The position numbers and the translations under genes were made by a program. 64,000 nucleotides of DNA, from assembly GCA_964106915.2 (NCBI GenBank), contig OZ066918.1; one strand, given 5' to 3'. Positions 13,148 to 26,316 of this stretch are shown in pieces. Each line of letters opens with the position of its first letter. The first letter of the stretch is position 1. Below the pieces are notes generated by a model that saw only the letters and a program-made list of their open reading frames with translations, ran no database searches and had not been told where the DNA came from. Origin of the DNA: Podarcis gaigeae. Its lineage: Eukaryota.

Positions 13148-14274
13148 CAGACTCCACAGTGCTGACTTTGCAAGACACCTTAATTTTTTACTATGCACCT
13201 TTGAAATATTTTATATTTTTATATTTAAATCAACAACACTTTAGTCTACTCTTCTGATCACAACCAGTACTGGAATTCCTTGGTTTGAGAATGCCATGGA
13301 ACATACACATTCACTTGTGTGTGCCCTTTTAAATTCAAAGCATGAAACGCATAAGAAAACCTAAGAAGAATTAATGGTCAGCCATGGGTCAGTGGCAGAG
13401 CACATGTTTTGCAAATGAAAGGTCCCAGGTTGAACCCCCAACAACTTCAGGTTGGGCTAGGAGAGCCCCTGCCTAAAATCCTGGAAAATGTCAACAATAC
13501 TGAGCTAGACAATTTGGTTGTCTGACTCACTATAAGACAGCTTTGCATCTTCCCAATCATTTTTGAACATGTTCTACATCACATACTGGGTTTAGGAGTG
13601 GGGGTTCTTTTACAGAGGATGCATAACTTGGGAGACATAACACTTCTAATTCCTGACCAACCCTGTTGTACTTAGAATAAGAATGATGGCCATTGAGAGA
13701 GATAATAACCAGAGAGATAACAACCTGGAGGTGGTTCATTGCCCTAATCCAGCAATATCATCTGAATAATAGAAGAGGTGTGATTCACACATTGATGTCC
13801 CCCACAGCTTCCCATTCATCTCAGCTTCCTATTAATCTCAGATGAAGATATGGATGTGAACAGTTGTCCTCCCTAGTGGCATGTCTACTCATGTCGACAT
13901 GCTCCAGGAGCTGGTTGGAGACTTTCTGTTTTCATAGTCGCCCACATGGTGAGCAGTGTTCAAATACTGGGGTCACCCATAATACGCAAATAATACTCAC
14001 AGCCTCTACAGGATGAACCATAATGTTTTAACCTCCCTGGCTATGGGCAGAAAGGGTTTTGGGGGGCCTTGGCGCTGTAATAAGTAGCCAAATAAGTGGC
14101 ATCAGGATAGTTCTACCACAATTAAACACATTTGACAAGGATTTGCCTGTTGATCATATAGTTAGCTGGTTCTTCTTCATCTTCTTGAAGATCTGCTTAC
14201 ATTATCAATCACAATAACCCTCAGGTCAGAAGCAATTCCAAAGCACAGATGAGCTCTGAATAGATTTTAGACAG
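13148..14274 (+). repeat. 1.13-kb direct duplication, copy 1
   Basis: Identical by eye to 26317-27467 apart from a 24-bp indel; ORF track shows identical 60-aa ORFs offset by 13169 bp. Confidence 0.95.
13377..13553 (+). mobile_element. squamate tRNA-derived SINE (inside duplicated block)
   Basis: tRNA-like head TCAGTGGCAGAGCACATG...GGTCCCAGGTTGAACCCC; tail CAATACTGAGCTAGAC...CTGACTCACTATAAGACAGC. Confidence 0.75.
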
Positions 14275-17154
14275 CTGGCAAGTGAGTTTCTGAGAATAGA
14301 TCAGACCAAATGTTTTGCCAAGGGCCAGCCGACAGCAGAGGACTGCCAATAGCTGGTCCTGAGTCAGTGCCAGTGCCCAAAGAATAGTAGTAAAAAATCT
14401 GCTTCCTAAATTAAGGGCACTTGCAAATGGACAAAAAGGGTTTGCTGAATGAAAAGCACCAGGTTCAGTCAGTTGTTACCGGTTAATGTCCCAGTTTGAT
14501 CCTCTTTTATTATTTTCCTGATGTCCCATCAAGGCTGAAATAAAACAGAGTCAGAGCTTTGGTATCACTGATGCATTCCTTCCCCAAGCAAATGGAAGGA
14601 TCCAGCTGACTGTGGGGTGTGTATAGCACAGCTGGGTTAAGAAATGAACTCTAATATTCAGTGGAATATAATAATAAATCATATAGAGAAATGGTGCTCC
14701 AGCAGTCGGAACAGATGCGAAGACTGTAAGCAGGCCCAGCCCTAGACATTTATGTGCCTGAGGCGAAGGACAATATCACACCTCCTAAACTGCTGCCTTT
14801 TTTCTTCAAAATAAGTGGCCTGTTTAAAGACATTTACTTTAAAGCATGACTAACATAATGTATAACTTGGCCCTAATCCAGGATTGGTACATGTGAACTG
14901 GCCCAGTGTCTCGTACAGTCAGGATGCAAGCACAGAAGTGTTTATGTTGAAGTAGAGCACCTATACGAATGCTGCGTGCAGTATGGCTTTAATCTCCACA
15001 ATATCCCCATGGTTATTCCACTTAACCCAATAACACTTGATGTTAATGGGCGCTTTGTGTTCCCACCCCCTCTTACTTCCTGGGTGCTCCCCCTAAAAAA
15101 TGCGGATGCTCCCCTGGTTAACACAATGTGCAATTTAACCCTTAGTGTTTTGGATTAATGTTAAACAGAAAATAAGCCAAAATTGAAAGCCAAATCATCC
15201 TCATCTCATCATCATCACCATCATTTTTAAATCCTTTGTGACATTTTGAATTGTGAGAAAATAATTTTATGGCAAGTGCAAATTTTCTATCCATGTACTC
15301 GGTATCAGTATACTCAGTATGACTGATATTCATAACTGATATTGTTCCGTAGGTGATTTTGCAAGTCTTCAGAGAGTGGAACTTCTTGTAAAAACATACC
15401 CACTACTTGCAATAATAGGAAATCATAAATGAATCAATTTGCTTGCTGACCAAGTGATTTGCCATATCAAAGTGCAAGTTTGCAAGATGTATATTCCATT
15501 ATTCCAGATTGCACTCCTGACAACTTGCATTATGAACATTTGGCAATTGTCCTTTGATATTTTGAATGCTAACTACAGTGGAGCTGTCAGCAGAAATAAA
15601 TTTCTTATTAAATTTGGAGCTTTAACAAGCAAGTCATTTGTAGAACCATCATTAAGTCTATTGCAGCACTGCAGAGCAAAATGAACTGGGTAGTGAAGTA
15701 ACTCAATGGTTAAATTATCTATATTCTTAAATATTCATGAAGTGAAGTGGAAGTGAAAGACTTAAAAATGCAGTAACAGAATTATCTAATTATAACAAAA
15801 ATTGTGTTACTAAACACAAGTTGCTGGGCACAGCAATTCATCTATTGCCTCTGATAGAACATTTATGGTGTTTTCCTATAATACAGTCAGGAAACATAGC
15901 AGTTATACACCTCCCCAAATTTACACGGCATTGGCCTTGAACCAGCAATCAGTCACATAGACAACAGCACCCTGGCATGCAAAGGGAGGGTGCATATTTG
16001 TGTGCACACATTTTAGCATATGTGGAACTGCTGCTCTATCCATTGAAAGGGGGGGTGCATAAGAGCTCTATGCTAGCATTCAAGCACACATGAAGCTCTG
16101 GATTGGGGCAATTATGAAAATATTTGAATAACAATGTGATCTTGCATGGGTCAAGAATGAACACAATAGGCCCCTTGTATTAGAATGGTCAATTCAGTTC
16201 TGTTCATTTGCTTAACACTACAAAGCAATTGAATGACCTGAACCTTTGGGCTGTCTCAGCAGCAGTGAGACAATGTCATTTGTAGGCAATAAATGTTTCA
16301 TTCTGTTTTATTGTGGGGTTATGTGTGGCCAGGCATTATGATCCAAGTGTGCTGTGTGAGTAAGGTTAGAACTGGGAATGAAGTTGGCAACTAAATGCTG
16401 CTTTTGAAGATCATGCACATAGATGACCATTCCAGGAAGGAAAAGACTCATCTGAATCACCAGCCAGTGAAATAAAATTGAATTTAACAGATGACTCTGC
16501 TTTAAAAGCTTGCACTAGTGGGCCTGCTAATGATCATATTTCACTAAGTTTGGGAATGCCGTTCAACCTCACATGTTGCATCATTTAAAGTTCTTGTACA
16601 ACAGTGAAAATTTCAACCTCACAATGCAAGAGACAAGACTCTTTTCCCCTTCTTCCTATTAGTATGTGCGTTTCATCCAAGAATAATACATTGGTTATGA
16701 GTTATGCTATATACTTTTATTTCCACTGCAATTCCAGAGGTTTGTCACCGTAGAAAGGTATCCGAATATTTATGTCTGAATTACATTTCAGCAGCATGGT
16801 GGTCAACTGCTGTTCCATTAGGTTGTAACGTGATTTCATTGGCATGAATATTCATGGTTTTCCCGAACATATTAAACAGTTTCTTTGATGCTCTCTATGC
16901 CTCTTTCATCTCAGAATTTCCTTATTTTAGCAACCATATCTAGGGCATGTAATGAAAATTATTATGATTTCATCATCTCAACAAACAGTAAAACCTTAGA
17001 TATGCTATTTATTATTTTATGTTTTCATTGCCCAAACATAAACATTTTCCTGGATGTCACTACCAAGTTACTCTTTTATCACTTTCTTAAGACAGAGCTC
17101 TCACTGTACCCTATTCTGTCCCATGTATGTTAGCTCTCTTTTCAAGCCACATTT

Positions 17155-17335
17155 GAACCATACATTTGAAGCACTATTATACATGACTTCCCCCAAATAA
17201 TTATGGGAGTTTGCTTGCAGTTTGTTAAGGATGCTGAGAGTTGTTCGAAGATCCCTGTTCCCCACACAGCGCTAAAATCCCCACATTCCCTTGGGAAGAG
17301 GGATTTATCATTAAACCACTCTTGGAATTGTAGAT
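17155..17335. mobile_element. partial non-autonomous DNA-transposon (MITE-like) remnant
   Basis: CCATACATTTGAAGCAC...TTTGTTAAGGATGCTG resembles the element at 18247. Confidence 0.45.
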
Positions 17336-17401
17336 ATTTTAATTGTTTTTTCACTTGTATGTTTGCTGTCCTGGCTCCTGGGGAAGGAAAGATGGGGTTA
17401 T

Positions 17402-17440
17402 ATCATCATCATCATCATCACTACTGCTACTATTACTATT
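17402..17440 (+). repeat. (CAT)n/(TAC,TAT)n trinucleotide microsatellite
   Basis: atcatcatcatcatcatca ctactgctactattactatt. Confidence 0.8.
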
Positions 17441-18246
17441 GCCACTTCAATCTCTGAGCAGTGCAAGATTCTGGGTACTTACCCAGAGTTCATGTTCCCC
17501 TTTGGAAATGAGGCACAGTTGAGACTGTGGTGTCTTTATGATATATGGTTTCTTTACACACGTACAAACTGATCCTGTGATGGTTGGGGTTCCGAGCATC
17601 AAAACTCTACTCCAATCTCTAGCTTTGTCTTCCAACTAACTACAAGCTGGTCATCTCACACAGAGTCCCTTTCCTTTGTTTCCCTTAATGGCCTTTCAGC
17701 CAGGCTGTCACCTCAACAAAGGAAGCTAGCCTAGCAGGTTAGAAAGGTCGTGCATACTGCCTACTTCCTCCCCCCCCCCCAATATTGAATCTCAATACCT
17801 TTAACTACAGTTCCCCTGGATTCTTTGTGGGATGCCAAGACTGTGGAAAGAGGTCTAAAAATTACTTCAATATATATTGCAAATGTAGCCCCTGATGGCA
17901 TCATCAACTGGTATGGTATGGCAGTCTTTGCCACAGGACTGGTGAAGTGAGCCTGATTTGGAAATAGACCCACTAGATCATTTCCTCATTGGAAGTAAGT
18001 TTTTCTAGTTCCTATAACAGCCCTTGCAACAGTAGCAAATAAATGCTCACTCCAAAGATAACAGTAGAACAGTAATTTAAGAAAATAAACTAATTTGACC
18101 ACCTCACCACTTACTTTTAACTCCAGATTATTTAGGAATAGATTGAAATCCAGCAGTCCTTGAAGTGTGCACTTCTTTCCTCCCTCCGTTGTGAGAACTG
18201 TTCATTTATTCCTACAATTTTCTTATTGGGTTTTCCCCCCAGTTAG

Positions 18247-18405
18247 GATGTGTGCACACAATGCATTTAAAGCCCATTACCCCCTCAAAGTGTCCTGGGC
18301 ATTGTATTTTGTTAAGGGTGCTGGGAATTGTAGCTTGTTGTGAGTAAACTATGGTTCCCATGAGTCTTTTGGGGTTTGTGCTTTAAATGAGTGGTGTATA
18401 CAAAC
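18247..18405. mobile_element. palindromic MITE remnant
   Basis: Imperfect inverted ends ...CACACAATGCATTTAAAGC / GCTTTAAATGAGTGGTG... Confidence 0.55.
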
Positions 18406-18944
18406 TTCTAAACATGTAGATTTTCCATCCTGCTTATAATGTTGTGTTATTAGTCTTAAGTAGTTATGAAGGATGCCAGTGGAAGAGCCCAGATGGCAAT
18501 CTCTGCTGCTTCTGTGAACTTCTGGTAATAGGCATAAATGCACCACAGGCAAATGCTAACCAGAGTGTGAAAAAATAACTTCATTTTTTCCAGAATGAGA
18601 GCTGTGTTAAATATTTGCCTGTGAATGTTTTTGGGACGAACATTCTGCTTTTAAGAGGCATGAAAAAGCTCCATAAAAAATATTTGCTTTTTACTTGCAG
18701 GGAAGTACACTGTTTGAACTTGTTCACAGCCATTGTTTCCATGGGATTACTTCAGCACCATAGTTTTTTACCCTTTGATCCTTATTTCCTGAAGTAATCC
18801 CAGCCAATGAGAGATGTTGTAGTGAATGCTAGACCAAATGCATTGAATTTGCCATTCTTGGAGGAAAGAGGTGTTTCAGATTAAACATGGCACTGCCTTC
18901 CATGCATGTGAATGGAAGCGAGTGTTTTGTAATATTTGATATAT

Positions 18945-19176
18945 AGCCTTGATTTAAGAACAGTCCAGTTTAAGAACGATTTGGTTTACAAACTCCACAA
19001 AACTGGAATTAGTGTCTTGGTTTGAGAATTTTACCTCAGTCTAAGAACGGAATCTGAACGGTGGAAGGGCACCAGAGGCGGGAAGCCTCAGGGAAAGCGC
19101 ACCTTGGTTTAAGAACGGTTTGGGTTTAAGAACAGACTTCCGGAACAGATTACGTTCGTAAACCAAGGTACCACTG
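18945..19176. mobile_element. Tc1/mariner (Tigger/pogo-like) MITE, left end degraded
   Basis: Right end AAGGTACCACTG followed by TA; internal repeated TTTAAGAAC motifs. Confidence 0.75.
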
Positions 19177-20531
19177 TATTAAAAAGTGTAAGTAGAGCAT
19201 AGGTGGCCACAAGCTGCGTGAACAGCCATAGCATGCAACAAATCCACTGCCCCTAAGGCTTTCATCCATACTTTTCCCCACCCCCAGCTATGATGTTGGG
19301 AGATTTGCCACCTGATGGATTTCCTATTCAAAACATTCTTGGGAGATCATTGCATCAACAAACCATCTTCTAAAAGTTAGTTCCTATAAAGAGACATCCT
19401 TTGACCATCCTATCAAGCAATATTAACACAACCTTGTCAATAATAAAATGATAATGCCTCACTCTGCAGTGATCAGATACACCCCTAGTGATAGCCCAGC
19501 TACTGTAATCAAATAGCCATCACACACCAATGTTCTTTAAGGAGAAAAATCAGAAACAACATATTGTGAGTATGAAAGAAAGATTATGTGTTACAATGTA
19601 GATAACACAATCATTTTAGAAGTTATAAATGCCTCTGCTTTGGGAAGTCAAAGATCTGTTGCTCATCTTCCTGCAGGTCAGTGACTCCAATAATACATTG
19701 TTCCTGATGTAAGCAGGAAGTTTCAAATTTGGCCTATGATGTCAAGGCACTACAAGACAGCAGTGTGAAATAAGCTGTATTTTGTATCTAATCTTCCTCT
19801 CTTGTACTGATTTTTGTTTAAGATAAGCAGATACGTTTTTAAAGAAATAACATTTTCTGCTGTAGTGTAGAATTCAGAGTGACCGTACACAGATTCAAAC
19901 AGCAGGTGCACATAAAATAAGGTCCAAACATTTAGAGGTGAGGGGAACACATAATAATGGCTGTAAATCTGCCTTTCGGAATACGTTTGCTACTGAATTG
20001 TGCATTTCTGATGTAATGACAGAACAGGGGCATATTCTGAATAACCTCATTCCAAATCTTAAATCCAACAATATTGGCAACGCAGGTTGTATAGTCTACT
20101 TTCATTTTAATATTGGGAATTGGATGCAATTTTTCCTATTTTGGAATATGTCCTGTGCCGGTCCTTTTAGGTTGGACTGCATGATCTCCTATAAAGCATT
20201 TGGCTTTTCTCTTGTGTAGCTGACAGCAGAGTTCCAAAGGAAGACTTAGTACCACTCTGAGCCATAGAAAGTACCCTCCCATCTTCTTGGCTTCTATTCT
20301 CAGTTATAGAAACAGGGCCTGGCTGCTGCTGTTAATGATGCCATGCAAGTAGCACAAGGTTTACAGGAAGGAGTTAAACATTAATATCTGTTTCTTGAGC
20401 ATTTCCCCTCCAGGGATTTGAAGCAATTTACTAATTTACATTTCAGAACATTTTCCTACACACCTGATAAAGAGGTATGTAATTCATAATTTGCGAAATG
20501 AGGTAAATTAAGGTATTTCACTCAGTGCATA

Positions 20532-20795
20532 CAGTGGTGCCTCGCAAGACGAAATTAATTCGTTCCGCGAGTCTTTTCGTCTTGCGATGTTTTTCATCTT
20601 GCGAAGCACGGTCCGTCACAACTGCGCCTCTTCAAGCGGCTTTAGGAAAAACGCGAACAAACTCGCAAGATGTTTTCGTCTTGCGAAGCAAGCCCATAGG
20701 GAAATTCGTCTTGCGAAGTGATGCAAAAAACGAAAAACCCTTTCGTCTTGCACATTTTTCGTTTTGCGAGGCATTCGTCTTGCGGGGCACCACTG
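20532..20795. mobile_element. Tc1/mariner (Tigger/pogo-like) MITE
   Basis: TIRs CAGTGGTGCCTCGCAAGACGAA / TTCGTCTTGCGGGGCACCACTG; TA TSD on both sides; CpG-rich. Confidence 0.92.
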
Positions 20796-22019
20796 TATAT
20801 CCCAGAACAACTTGGAAAAATCAGAATGCCATTTCCCCCATTAGGAATAGACCTTGAACTCTGAAATATGAAGATAAACCTTAGTGCTACTATTCCAATG
20901 TCTTCTTTGAGCTCTTCAAGCATCTTGAATCATCTTCACACATCAGAAAGAATCACACAACATCTTTTCTCCTGAAGTTGAGCTAACAGCCAAATTTTGT
21001 CAGAAATTTGCAGAACTTTCTGGCTCAGGATGCTGGTCCCATCCACTGGAAGCCCCTATTTGAGGTGAAGGTGCAAGTGGGATTGCCATTATATTTCTTA
21101 TAACCTTATTGGGTATTTCATGCCCATCCTCCTTCCGCTCTGAACATAACCCTATAAATAGGGTTATTTTGAGATTGCGACTTACCCCAGGACCACCCAG
21201 CAAGGAAGTTTTATAGCTGAGTGTGGATTTGGGCATTACTGTCAAATCAGAAGCAGCAGGTGTATGAGTTCAGTTTTTGTGCTCCCAGTTGAACTTTCTA
21301 AGAGGGACAGTGCACACTTCTCCTGCATAATGATGTTTGAATTCCCTGTGCATGTAGGGTCCACATGTCTCCTTTCACAGGGGAAAATACCCACTTCCTA
21401 TATAATAAAAGCAGATGTGCAAGTTACTCGAGTATCTGCCATTGCCACTTGATTGTAATGTTCAAGGCGACCCTGAGGAGCAACTGGAAGTTCAGTCTCC
21501 AGCACTGCATTCAGCGCATGACGGGCTCTCAATAGCTCATTTATGTTTGCTTGCACACTATCACAGTAGGAGCCACTTGCCTGTTCAATATAAATCAAAT
21601 GCACCTATTTTCATCCGTAGAATTCTGGAAGGTACATGAAAGGACAAATTACCTTACGGTTTCCAACCCTGCTTGCTAACTAGTAATATAGCGGTATTTT
21701 TATGCCTTTTTCATGCCCTTTATCATTTGTGTACCAAAGTCAATTATGCAGGCCTAATGGCTGCTATCACACAGTTTAGAAATTGTTGTTTCATAGATCT
21801 CTCTCTCTCTCTCTTTTAAAGATGGTATTATTATTTTCTTCTGGCACAGGAGGTTCTAGAAATTGGTGAACTTGCTCACTGAAGTAGCTATCTGACAATT
21901 TGCATTCTGTTCCAGAATTGAGCTCTCTATAATTTGTAGGTAATTGTATACATTATCATATTGTTTGGAAATATTCCTCAGATCCATGGCATGAAAGTGC
22001 TATACAAGTGTAGAATGAC

Positions 22020-22760
22020 TGATTGATTAAAAGCTGATCTATGCAAGAAAACTTCAGAAATCAGAACATAAAGGAGCACAAACGAAAATACTGATTAGAC
22101 TTTGGAGGGATAATTTCCAAGCATTACAATAACGACCTTGAAGACTGCCCAGCAGCATCGGTGTGTATGAGTTTCTTCAAAGGGGGAAATATAGGTTGAC
22201 ATTCCCCTGGTGATTTTCTGATATCAAATGAAAGACATAGACAATAGAGACAAGTGAGGGAATGAACATGCCATACAAGACCAGATTTTAATTTAGTGTC
22301 AAATAAGACCCAGAAAGCTTAAGAAGATTTATCCAGAGTATTACTATACACGAGTAAAAAACACAGCTTTATTGGATTTAATACAAGTATTTTATAGATA
22401 TATTCTAGTGTCAGCACTGTAGAAAGGGGACTTCTTATGGTGCTGGATGAAAAGGAAATAGCATGAAATCAGAACAGAGAGAGATGGTATCCAGTAATTA
22501 AGATGTTGGTAGCTACCCCATCATCTATCCTTCCCTATATTATATAAACATAGCTATAGAGAAGGTGAGCATAAGCAAAAGTGAAGTGTCTGGGGTTTTA
22601 TTGAAAACCAGTCACTGTACTCAAACAAAGGATATATAGATATATGGACAAGTGGATGAATGCAGTCTCCAACATGTCTTTTTTTGGGGGGGGACAGTCA
22701 GCAGCATATTAAATTGCTATCAAAAGGATAGTGAAAATAATTCAGCTAGGATTCTCTCTG
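22020..22760 (+). mobile_element. decayed L1-like LINE ORF2 fragment
   Basis: A-rich strand; 22535-22561 translates LYYINIAIE, resembling the L1 RT motif PLLF(N)I(A/V)(I/L)E; many stops and frameshifts; boundaries approximate. Confidence 0.4.
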
Positions 22761-23075
22761 GGAATGAAAGATAAAGCACCATCTTAAATCTTAAACCGAG
22801 ATCAAAACATTTTAACATTCATTAAGGTACCTAAACAGAAGTGACTTGATTTTCTGAGGATCTCTTGACTTACTCAATTAAATACTATTTCATGTGCTAT
22901 GCTTACAAATGTAATCTGTCCTACATGTTTTCCTCTTTCCCACACAGGGCAGGTAGTTTGTGATTGGTTGTAGACTCTGCCACCCTAAACCTATCCTGTT
23001 AAATGAAATAGAAATAGTGGTATGAGTGGTCAACTCTCTTTTCTTCATTTAGACAGCTCTTTACAATGGGATATA

Positions 23076-23324
23076 CAGTCGTACCTCGGCTTGGGATACC
23101 TTGGGAGTCTAACATTCCGGCTCCCAAACAATCGAAAACCAGAAGTGAGTGTTCCAGTTTCCAAACGTTCTTTTGGAAGCCGAACGTCTGACGGGGCTTT
23201 CATGGCTTCCAATTGGCTGCAGGAGTTTCCTGCAGCCAATAAAAACTGCGCTTTGGAAATCAAATGTTTCAGAAGTCGAACAGACTTCCAGAATGGATTC
23301 TGCTCGACTTCTGAGGTACGACTG
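23076..23324. mobile_element. Tc1/mariner (Tigger/pogo-like) MITE
   Basis: TIRs CAGTCGTACCTC / GAGGTACGACTG with TA TSD (23074-75, 23325-26). Confidence 0.92.
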
Positions 23325-24512
23325 TACCACTAATACACACACACACACAAGCTGCAGTGCAAGCTTTCAACTGCAGTTTGAAAATGCAGAAGCTGAAATC
23401 AACTTCTTCCACTGTCCGAATATTTGAAGGAAATATGTCCTGGCATGGATTTCACACACTGTTCCCAGCAGTTAGAAAAATATTTTCCAATACCATGGCT
23501 ATTAAGTGAATGTGAGACTCTGGATGTCTGTGATATTTTCCGGTGTATCTAGGAACTCTGACCTTTTATAACAGGAATGGTGTCAGAGCCTGGGAAGTGC
23601 TTTAACTTGGCATCTGAGCAAGATGAAGCAAGAAGTCTGATTAGTCTATAGCTACAATGTGACCTTAGATATGTCTTAGACATGGACAGATCTGAAAAGC
23701 CAGGAGATTAGCCCAATCCATTATGATGCGATTCTCAAGGATCAAAATGTTTCTTACACAGCTCCTCTCTGGACACCTGTCAATAACTTAGAGAATCATT
23801 CCCACATTACTCCGTTCACTTAGAAGATATCAATACCATCCGCAGGAGAAAATTCTGTAAAATTCAGCACAGTTAAATGCTGACTTTGTTGTTCTGTCTG
23901 CAGATGAATCTGTGTTGAATTTTCCATGAGGTCTCCCAAACTGGAGAACACAGAGGTAAGCAACAGATGGCTCTTGGATGGGCCTCCAAACACTTCAGGA
24001 TATTAGCCTGCAAGAAAGAAAAATTAATTGTGTATGTGTATATCCAGAAGAGGGAGAAAAAAACCCCAGCAGCATTTAGCAAACTGAAGAAAGCAGTAAG
24101 CTTACACCATTGGGATAGAAGTCGTTTCTGTAGCTCTCTCTCCAATGAGGAGAAATAACACTCTCTTCACAAAATGGGTATTATAAACAACTGCCATTTG
24201 TTCCTGTCTTTCCTTTGCTCTTGCCTTTCTCTCTCCAATGCCGTAAAATAGAGTTGGATTTTTTTTTGTCTCGGAGCCTCAGTTTTTATTCAGAAGTCTC
24301 GTATGAGGGCTGGAGGAAGTGTAACAGCAGAGATCATTCCATGTGTGACTTAAGAGTGAATTTTGCACTTAGTAACTCAGCTAACCAAGAAGAGGGTGTG
24401 CTGCTTAACAACCAAGCAGAGTGGCATGAACTTCACTGAGGTGGCATGTGCTTTCATTGGTCAGGTCGTTCTGAGGGAAGACAAAACCTCTCTGTAACTT
24501 AACCCTCCAGGG

Positions 24513-24839
24513 TGTTATGTACTGAGTTGAATAGGATCCAAAATGCAGCAGTCTGATTGGTCCTAGAACAATAGGATTCAGAATGCAGCAGTCTGATTGG
24601 TCTTAGAACAATAGGATCCAGAATGCAGCAGTCTGATTGGTCCACAGGAGCCACCCAATCCAGCTCCAGGTGGAAGTGAATCCACAACCTGATTGGCCTA
24701 CAGGTGAATCCTGGAATTAGCAAATCACATGGGGCCCATTGTGTAAATAATGTATTTAAAGCAGACATTCTGGGGGAACTTCCATTCCTCCTCACCACTA
24801 AAGAGCATGAAATCCACTCTTGACTCCAAGTATATTTCA
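24513..24839 (+). mobile_element. solo LTR with internal 40-bp tandem repeat
   Basis: TGT...TCA termini; flanking CAGGG / CAGGA; multiple CCAAT boxes and TATA-like TATTTAAA at ~24753. Confidence 0.75.
24530..24643 (+). repeat. ~2.85 x 40-bp tandem repeat, one CCAAT box (ATTGG) per unit
   Basis: AATAGGATCCAGAATGCAGCAGTCTGATTGGTC(C/T)TAGAAC repeated. Confidence 0.9.
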
Positions 24840-25399
24840 CAGGATTTTGTTCATTTGCCTTCGTAAAGTGGTATCTCTCTTTTTGTTCTGGACTCTGCAT
24901 TATTTAAGTGACTTTGCTAACAAGGGTTTGTGTAGGAGCAAGTTGAGCAGGGAAGAGCTACCATACTAGATTCCTCTCACCAGTAGATCATCACTGTCAG
25001 AAAGTGTTTTGGTGGAGCCCAGCTACCACATGTTCCTTGGGGCTTTTCTCTTATCACCTGAGGCAGCAGTGTCCCTAGAAACCTATGCCCACCTTAGTTC
25101 AAAGTGGTCAGACACACCCTTGTCTTGCTCTTGCGCAAACAAAAAATCTCACCCTTTCCCACTCACTTGGCAGAACCTCTGTAGGAAAGCAAGCACCCAT
25201 AAAGGGGGGATATGAGGAAGGAGAGAAGAGTCCCTCACTTCCCCCAATCTGCAACTATAGGTGTTGCCACTGGGACACCCATCTGGAACTTGGCTGAGGG
25301 GAACAACAGAAGGAAAGCAGAGACTCCCCTGCTCACACTTTTCCTTGAGGGCACACTAGGAACTGACACCATCATGCTGAAGTTAGTGTTGCACTATGT

Positions 25400-25456
25400 T
25401 CTCTGTTACCACCACGCCTGTCCATATTATGTCTCTGTTACCACCACGCCTGTCCA
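25400..25456 (+). repeat. local 25-bp direct repeat
   Basis: TCTCTGTTACCACCACGCCTGTCCA at 25400-25424 and 25432-25456. Confidence 0.9.
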
Positions 25457-26316
25457 ATTCTCATATATGCTCACAAGACTGACAGCACCACTTCCTGAAC
25501 ATATTGGGAAGCTGAGCTTTGGGGGCCAAACTAAAGAGACTCTCAAATGACAAGCTTCTAAACACCCACTAAGGGAACACACTGCAGCTTTTAGGATTCT
25601 GGAATGTTATTTTCTTAAGGGAACCAGTGGCCAACGCTTCTTAGCCATTTTTTATATGTGAATTTTAAAAAGTCAAAAATCTTTCCACTGCAGGGGGAGA
25701 AATGGCACGAGTCTGAAGGAGAAAGGAGGGAAAATAGCAGTCAAATCCTTCAGGTTTAACAGTCTTCTCTCTAGCTGTTTGAGACTCACGAAATTCCTCA
25801 GACCTGAGATCCAAGTGAAGATTTCACTGAGTGGAATCGTCACTGAGACTGACTCAACTAAGATTATATATCCTCCTGATACATGAACATGTGTTTTTTC
25901 ACTTGGTCAGCAGAGAGTTTGAATTTCTTGTGGAGACCACCAGCATAGCTGACTCTAGAGCAGTTCTGAGGGAAATAAATGTATTTTAACTCGTTCATGC
26001 CGCTGCAGGTGATTTATATGAACAAAGAAAATAGTGCATGCTACTGTACAACAGAAAATGAACCTACATTGCAAGATGGTTGAACAAAGTACTGTGGAAC
26101 CTGTGAAGGTTCCATTCACACATTCTTTTCCTATCACAAGATGTTCACACATGCATGTACATCACTTGTTTGTTTTATCCTCAACTCTTGAGCCCTGTAA
26201 AGGTAACAAATCTTGTGTACAATCAATGCACAGAGCGGAAGTGGGAGTGTGTCTGCTAGCCAAGATCCAACCACAGCATGTTGAGCAGATTGTTACAGCA
26301 GAAGCTATACTGATAG

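Noticed and set aside
13878-13903. Three CATG cores resembling a p53 response element
   Set aside because: Too many mismatches to RRRCWWGYYY and wrong spacing
24530-24643. Repeat array resembling CRISPR
   Set aside because: Eukaryotic tandem repeat without unique spacers, inside an LTR
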